From NCBI GenBank assembly GCA_965205975.1, contig OZ242195.1, positions 992,001 through 1,056,000 of the forward strand: a DNA stretch of 64,000 nucleotides, read 5' to 3'. Positions 59,038-64,000 of this stretch are shown piece by piece; the stretch's first letter is position 1; each line of letters starts with the position of its first letter. The notes under the pieces were generated by a model that saw nothing but the letters and a program-made list of their open reading frames with translations, was not told the origin of the DNA and made no database searches. Position numbers and translations under genes: made by a program. The stretch is from Candidatus Latescibacterota bacterium (GTDB lineage: Bacteria; Latescibacterota; UBA2968).

Positions 59038-60873
59038 TCACTTCTCATACAATTCTATTCTGCGATTTCTGATGGTGAGCATATACATCCATGCATTTTC
59101 CCGATGGCCTTTGTCAAAGGATATTTGACCAGTTGCGCCGGGTATTTCCGTGAGGGTTTCAAGACGGTCTCGCAGGCGGTCTCGGGTGGTGCCGCCCGCG
59201 TTTATACCGTGCAGGATAGATAGCATTGCGTCGTATCCGAGGGCAGCAACGATATTCTGTTCTTTGCCAAAGCGCGAGCGGTACGCGTTGACAAAATTTT
59301 GAACGGATTCGAGGTGGCTCTGGTCGTAATATTTAGCGACAAAAATAGCGCCATCTACATAATTGCCTCCATCGCGAGCCACTTCATCGTGGTTCCAACC
59401 ATCGCTGCCGAGTACCTGGGAAGAGACGAGGGCGGAGTGAAATTGGGGAGTGATTAGCAGGATGTCTTCAGCACCACCGGCAATGAGGATACCGTCCAGG
59501 GCTTCGACAACTTCGAGTTGCACGGTGTCGGGATCAACTACGACGGGTGGGGGAGGGGCAACGCGTATGTTCCCGAGAATTAATGAGTCAATTTCCGAAG
59601 CGAGATCGTCGGGCGCTTGAAGTGCCAGTCCCGCGATGCGTATGCGTTCAAATTGGCGGCGATAATCCGTAGTACCCGGTTCATACCATTCTTGAATGAG
59701 CACTTCGGCACCGAGGTCTTCGGCTCTGGTGGCAAATGCGTGGGCGATACTCCGGCCATAATCATCTCGAGACGCGAGCGAGGCCAGCGTTCGCAAGCCT
59801 TGTTTATTCACGGCGTGTTCTGCAATATGCCTGCCCTGTGCGCCCGGCGTTGCATTGACTTGAAAAACGTAGGGACTGAGGGATGCAATGCCATCGTCTG
59901 AGGCTGTTGGAGCTACCAGAGGCACTTTTTGGGCACTGAGCATGGTTGCGATAGGCGTGGTTACCGCGCTTGTGAGCGCGCCGATGATAGCGAGCACTTC
60001 GCGTTCTTCAACAAGGTGCTGTGCCGCGCGTGCTGCGCGAATGGGATCGCCTTCGGAGTCTTCAAATATCAATTCGACCTGGTCGTGAGATGCGAGTGGA
60101 TTGCGGTCTCTCGCAAGTGTGATGCCGTTGCGGAGATCTTCGCCGCTTGGGGTGCCCAATGGAGCGATGACGCCAATTTTATAGCGTGCTTTTTGGGGGT
60201 TTGGAGTGGGTTGGGGCGATGTGCGTTCGGGTATGGAAATTTGGCGCGCGAGTGCTGTGAATTGCCCATTTGGATGGTGATCGAGAAAGAAGGACAAGTA
60301 TTTGTTACCAGTTTCGAGGTTGCCGAGTTTGATGTGCCAGCGCACTTTGCCAAATGCAATGGCTTCATCGATGATGGCGCGATTAAAGTCGATTTTTATA
60401 TTGTCGATCTCGCTGTCGGCCAGTTTTTCGCTGCCGGATAATTGCCCCAGGCGGTCGGCTGCACGCGCTTTGGTACGTATGTCGGCGCGGCTGGTGAGTA
60501 CGCGCGCATATTGTGTGGCGGCGTTGTAAATCTGGCGCTGGTGAAAATAGCAGTCGCCGATGATCAGATCGGTTTCGGAAATGTATCGGCTACGCGGATA
60601 GTGGTGTTGAAGCGCGATAGCCTCGTTCAGAGCCAGATCGTACGCTTTCAATTTGTAGTGCGATTTTGCCAGCATGAATCGCGCGGCAGAGGTGCGCTGG
60701 TTGGGGGGGTGTTGTTCGACGAGTTCGATAAACCCATCCCGGGCGTCTGATAAATTGTCTTGATTATAATGGGCAAGCGCGCGTTGGAAGAGGGTTTCCG
60801 CTTTCTGGCTGAATATCTCACCCGATAGCTGAGAAGAAAATAGAAAAAATAAGAGTATGGATAATGTTTTCAT
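59038..60873 (-). CDS. TPR plus periplasmic-binding-fold protein (LpoA-like/ABC substrate-binding)
   Basis: N-terminal TPR helices; KIGVIAPL, AIIGAL.S, DDYG, LGSDGW, ALGYDA, GATG.I.F. Confidence 0.72.
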   Translation of the reverse strand: MKTLSILLFFLFSSQLSGEIFSQKAETLFQRALAHYNQDNLSDARDGFIELVEQHPPNQRTSAARFMLAKSHYKLKAYDLALNEAIALQHHYPRSRYISETDLIIGDCYFHQRQIYNAATQYARVLTSRADIRTKARAADRLGQLSGSEKLADSEIDNIKIDFNRAIIDEAIAFGKVRWHIKLGNLETGNKYLSFFLDHHPNGQFTALARQISIPERTSPQPTPNPQKARYKIGVIAPLGTPSGEDLRNGITLARDRNPLASHDQVELIFEDSEGDPIRAARAAQHLVEEREVLAIIGALTSAVTTPIATMLSAQKVPLVAPTASDDGIASLSPYVFQVNATPGAQGRHIAEHAVNKQGLRTLASLASRDDYGRSIAHAFATRAEDLGAEVLIQEWYEPGTTDYRRQFERIRIAGLALQAPDDLASEIDSLILGNIRVAPPPPVVVDPDTVQLEVVEALDGILIAGGAEDILLITPQFHSALVSSQVLGSDGWNHDEVARDGGNYVDGAIFVAKYYDQSHLESVQNFVNAYRSRFGKEQNIVAALGYDAMLSILHGINAGGTTRDRLRDRLETLTEIPGATGQISFDKGHRENAWMYMLTIRNRRIELYEK

Positions 60874-61352
60874 TGAACAAAGTTGATAAAATCTTCTGGG
60901 TGCAGTTTTTGGAGTCTCTGTTGTAGGAGTTCGGGGGGATGGTTTTTCGACAGTTCAGCGCTTTTTTGCATCACTTTTTCGTCAATGTAGATTGGCACGC
61001 CAAACTTGAGTGCCATCAAGATCGCATCGCTGGGGCGTGCGTCGAGTTCCAGAGGGGTTGCGGGGGAGGTGAGATACAATTGCGCGCGATAGACGTGGTC
61101 TATGATGTCTGTGATGAGTGCGTGTTGAACGCTGGCTTGCAGGTTTTTGATAATCGTTTTGATCAGGTCGTGTGCAAAAGGACGCGGTGGTTTGTAGTCA
61201 TCGCCAGAGATGTGAAGGGCGAGCGAAAACATTTCGCCCATTTGAATCCATATTGGCACGCGGTGGTCGCCATCTTTTTGTTTCAGCATAACAACCGGCT
61301 CTTCGAATTGGCGGTCGATAAATATGCCTTCGATTTGGGCTTCATAGACCAT
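60870..61352 (-). CDS. Bifunctional nuclease (DUF151) family protein
   Basis: PIWI, PRP..HDL, DARPSDAI..AL..PIYI. Confidence 0.88.
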   Translation of the reverse strand: MVYEAQIEGIFIDRQFEEPVVMLKQKDGDHRVPIWIQMGEMFSLALHISGDDYKPPRPFAHDLIKTIIKNLQASVQHALITDIIDHVYRAQLYLTSPATPLELDARPSDAILMALKFGVPIYIDEKVMQKSAELSKNHPPELLQQRLQKLHPEDFINFVQ

Positions 61353-61425
61353 AGGGCGCGACCTCCGTTGGTTTTTGGAAATATAAAGGAGGGCAATGAA
61401 AGGGTCAAGGGATCAGTTCTTAGAT

Positions 61426-62070
61426 TTAGTCCAAAACGAATGAGACGGCGAGCCAGCCGCCTACGGGGATGATGTTGGAGATGAGCTTGGGGTGATCGGC
61501 AACGCGGCGGTTGTAGTCCTGTATGCCGCGGCGACCATCGCCTTCGGGCAGTGCGCGGTGTGCATGTCCGTGTCCATTGGCATTGTCGGCGATGATCAGG
61601 CCGCCCGGGCGCGTGTTTTTAAGGGCAAAATCGAGGTATTTGGGATAGCTTTCTTTGTCTGCGTCGATGAAGATGAGGTCAAAAGGTCCGTCTTGTGCTG
61701 CGTCTTTCATGAGTTTTGTGCCGTCGCCCAGGCGCACATCTGTTCGGTCGGATAGTCCGGCTTTTTCGTAGTTGCGCCGCGTGACATCGGCGTGTTTGGG
61801 TTCAATTTCGAGGGTGATGAATTGTCCGTCTTCGGGCAATGCACGGGCGAGCCAAATGCCCGAGTAACCCGCGAGCGCGCCAAATTCGAGGATTTTTTTT
61901 GCGCCGATTGTTTTGGCGAGCAAATACAGGGTTTGCCCGGCTTCGGGGCTGACTGAGATTCGCGGAATACCCTGTTCGGCAGCATCGGACATGATGTTTT
62001 TAAGCAAGTCATCTTCATGGGCAAATACTTCCCTTTTGTATGTGTCGAGATCGGGATAGGTTTGTTGCAT
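61426..62070 (-). CDS. Class I SAM-dependent O-methyltransferase
   Basis: ILEFGALAGYS, FDLIFIDADK..YP.Y, GGLIIADN. Confidence 0.9.
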   Translation of the reverse strand: MQQTYPDLDTYKREVFAHEDDLLKNIMSDAAEQGIPRISVSPEAGQTLYLLAKTIGAKKILEFGALAGYSGIWLARALPEDGQFITLEIEPKHADVTRRNYEKAGLSDRTDVRLGDGTKLMKDAAQDGPFDLIFIDADKESYPKYLDFALKNTRPGGLIIADNANGHGHAHRALPEGDGRRGIQDYNRRVADHPKLISNIIPVGGWLAVSFVLD

Positions 62071-62095
62071 TGGGTTAGCCTTTCATTGCACGCGT

Positions 62096-63139
62096 TTAGA
62101 AAGTGATTCTTCTGCCTTCTTTTGCCGATTGATATGCGCCGAGGATCATTTCAACGGAGACGCGACCCTCTTCTGGGGAAACGCGCTCGTCGCTCAGGCC
62201 GCGAATATAGTTGATAAAAGGACGGGGTATGCCGGCGATGCGCTCGCCCTGCCCTTTGGGTATGTCCATTTTGAATTCGGTCCAGCGATTGTCACCGCGG
62301 CGGATGTATTTGAGTGGAATGGCGTCTTCTGGTCGCGGCGCAGAGGTGGAGGGCGCGTCGCCGTAATCCTGGATGATGGTTCCCTCATCGCCATAGATTT
62401 CAGTGGTGTTGACGCCTGCTGCAGTGGTGGAGCCGTTGAATAATATGCCCATCATGCCAGTTTCAAAGCGGAAGATAGAGACGCCGTTATCGTCGGGTGC
62501 AGTATCTGTCACGATGTTGTCGATTTCTGATATTACCGAGACGGGACGGCCAAAGGTCCAGTAGAACCAATCGGCGGCATGGGTGGCGTCGTCGAAGTAC
62601 ATTCCGATATTGGCAACGGGATCGACGTGCCATCTGGATGTCCCAGTGACAAAGTGGGGATTGAGTAGAACTGGGATGCAATGTCTTCGGCGCACGACCG
62701 CGATATTACCAACTATGCCTTTGTCAACGAGTTCCTTAATTTTGCGGTTGACGGGGTCCTGCCGCATCTGAAAGGCCATGCTGAATTTGACGCCTGATTT
62801 ATTTACGGCTTTGATGATGCGGTCGCAATCTTCAAGGGTGGTGGCCATGGGTTTTTGTAGCAGGATATTTTTGCCCGCCTGAGCGGCCACTATCGCGTAT
62901 TCTGCGTGGCGATTGGTCTCTATGCCGATCATGACGGTATCGATGTTTGGGTCGCCGAGTACGGCGTCTGCTGACGTGCGAAATTCCATGCCGAATTTGT
63001 CGGCGTTCTCGCGCCCGCGATCTTTATCGTCGTCCCATGTGGCGATGAGTTCGACATCATCATAATGCTGCATTTGACCGCAATATGTGTTGATGTGTCC
63101 GTGTGCGTGGCTGATTACGCCAATATGAACTTTATCCAT
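62096..63139 (-). CDS. Gfo/Idh/MocA oxidoreductase
   Basis: AGK.ILLQKPMA, DDATHAAD motifs. Confidence 0.88.
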   Translation of the reverse strand: MDKVHIGVISHAHGHINTYCGQMQHYDDVELIATWDDDKDRGRENADKFGMEFRTSADAVLGDPNIDTVMIGIETNRHAEYAIVAAQAGKNILLQKPMATTLEDCDRIIKAVNKSGVKFSMAFQMRQDPVNRKIKELVDKGIVGNIAVVRRRHCIPVLLNPHFVTGTSRWHVDPVANIGMYFDDATHAADWFYWTFGRPVSVISEIDNIVTDTAPDDNGVSIFRFETGMMGILFNGSTTAAGVNTTEIYGDEGTIIQDYGDAPSTSAPRPEDAIPLKYIRRGDNRWTEFKMDIPKGQGERIAGIPRPFINYIRGLSDERVSPEEGRVSVEMILGAYQSAKEGRRITF

Positions 63140-63147
63140 AAATATCC

Positions 63148-64000
63148 CTATTTTATATAAACAACGGTTTCGGTGTCGAGCGATTCAATGGCTGCGGCGA
63201 TGACTTTTTGCGCGGCGAGTCCTTCTTCGCCCGAGCCGTCGATGTCTTCGGGTGCAACCCCGTCGCTGACCTGACGGATAAATGTGCCGATGCGGTCGCG
63301 GAAGGTGTCGATAAAGTCTCCAAATCCTCCAAAGGCCGGGTCTGTGTACACGGTTTTTTCGAGGTCGCCCGCAGGATAGAGGGTGAGTTCGTGCCACATG
63401 TCTTCGAGGACGAAGCGACCGCCTGTTCCTGCGACTTCACAGCGTTCCATGGGGTGCCCGCGCGCGATGTCGTAACTGCCCGTGAGTGAGCCGACTACGC
63501 CATTTTTAAAACGCATGTTGAATTGCGCGGTGGACCATATTTGGCGTCCCGGTGCTTTGGTGGCGAAACATTGAACCGCTTCTATATCGCCGCAGAAATA
63601 GCGCATGACGTCAATGGTGTGTGGGTGAAGTGCTTTGAGGTGATAATACGGCGAACTCTCCGCAGGGTTCATGATCCACATCGCCATATTGATAAAGAGC
63701 AGGTGGCCCAGGCGCCCTTCATCGACCCATTTTTTTGCAAGTCGGGCAGCAGGGGTAAAGCGGTGGTTGAGGTCAATGCCATAGCAGACGCCCATTTCTT
63801 TTGCTTTGGCGACCATTTCTTCGCCGTGTAAAATATTATTTGAGATGGGTTTTTCGCCCAGAACGTGACAGCCAGCTTCGAGGGCTTGCATTGTGGGCGC
63901 GTAGTGATCACTGCTATATTCATATCCACCCGTGGCTACGCTTACCACATCGGGTTTGCATTCTTCAAGCATTTTCGGAACATTGTAAAAAGGGGTAATG
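63148..64000 (-). CDS. Gfo/Idh/MocA oxidoreductase, 5'-truncated by window edge
   Basis: AGCHVLGEKPIS, NHRF, H.ID.MRYF.G. Confidence 0.88.
   Translation of the reverse strand, partial: ITPFYNVPKMLEECKPDVVSVATGGYEYSSDHYAPTMQALEAGCHVLGEKPISNNILHGEEMVAKAKEMGVCYGIDLNHRFTPAARLAKKWVDEGRLGHLLFINMAMWIMNPAESSPYYHLKALHPHTIDVMRYFCGDIEAVQCFATKAPGRQIWSTAQFNMRFKNGVVGSLTGSYDIARGHPMERCEVAGTGGRFVLEDMWHELTLYPAGDLEKTVYTDPAFGGFGDFIDTFRDRIGTFIRQVSDGVAPEDIDGSGEEGLAAQKVIAAAIESLDTETVVYIK

Overview
Gene-dense bacterial chromosomal window with about 50 CDSs and one tRNA-Ala(GGC). I see no rRNA, CRISPR array, integrase or intact transposase. Gene content (several sulfatases, heparinase II/III-like lyases, PhyH dioxygenases, PQQ-type propellers, an internalin-like LRR protein, a DGGGP-synthase-like UbiA) suggests an FCB-related, possibly host-associated heterotroph; this is inference only. 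Layout: (1) 1-11.9 kb, an uncharacterised operon of acyl-CoA ligase, flavin-dependent halogenase-like enzyme, CxxC-bearing GT4, DMT protein, thioesterase and LolD/FtsX ABC system, with two PQQ-type propeller genes beside it and an inserted toxin-antitoxin pair whose antitoxin looks chimeric. (2) 11.9-28.6 kb, TRAP transport and sugar/sulfate catabolism, two PhyH enzymes (one lacking the facial-triad carboxylate) and a stand-alone ferredoxin-thioredoxin reductase catalytic subunit. (3) 28.7-37 kb, a rearranged island with a duplicated gene-end remnant, a duplicated promoter module, a consensus sigma54 promoter and a histidine kinase fused in frame to an unrelated tail. (4) 37-64 kb, mostly housekeeping minus-strand genes (ligA, XPB helicase and partner, alr, sbcCD), with a two-gene ATPase plus nuclease-like defence module (MAD3/MAD4-like) wedged before ligA. 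Several small repeat or MITE-like elements occur, some entering coding sequence. All family assignments are from motif reading, not database searches.
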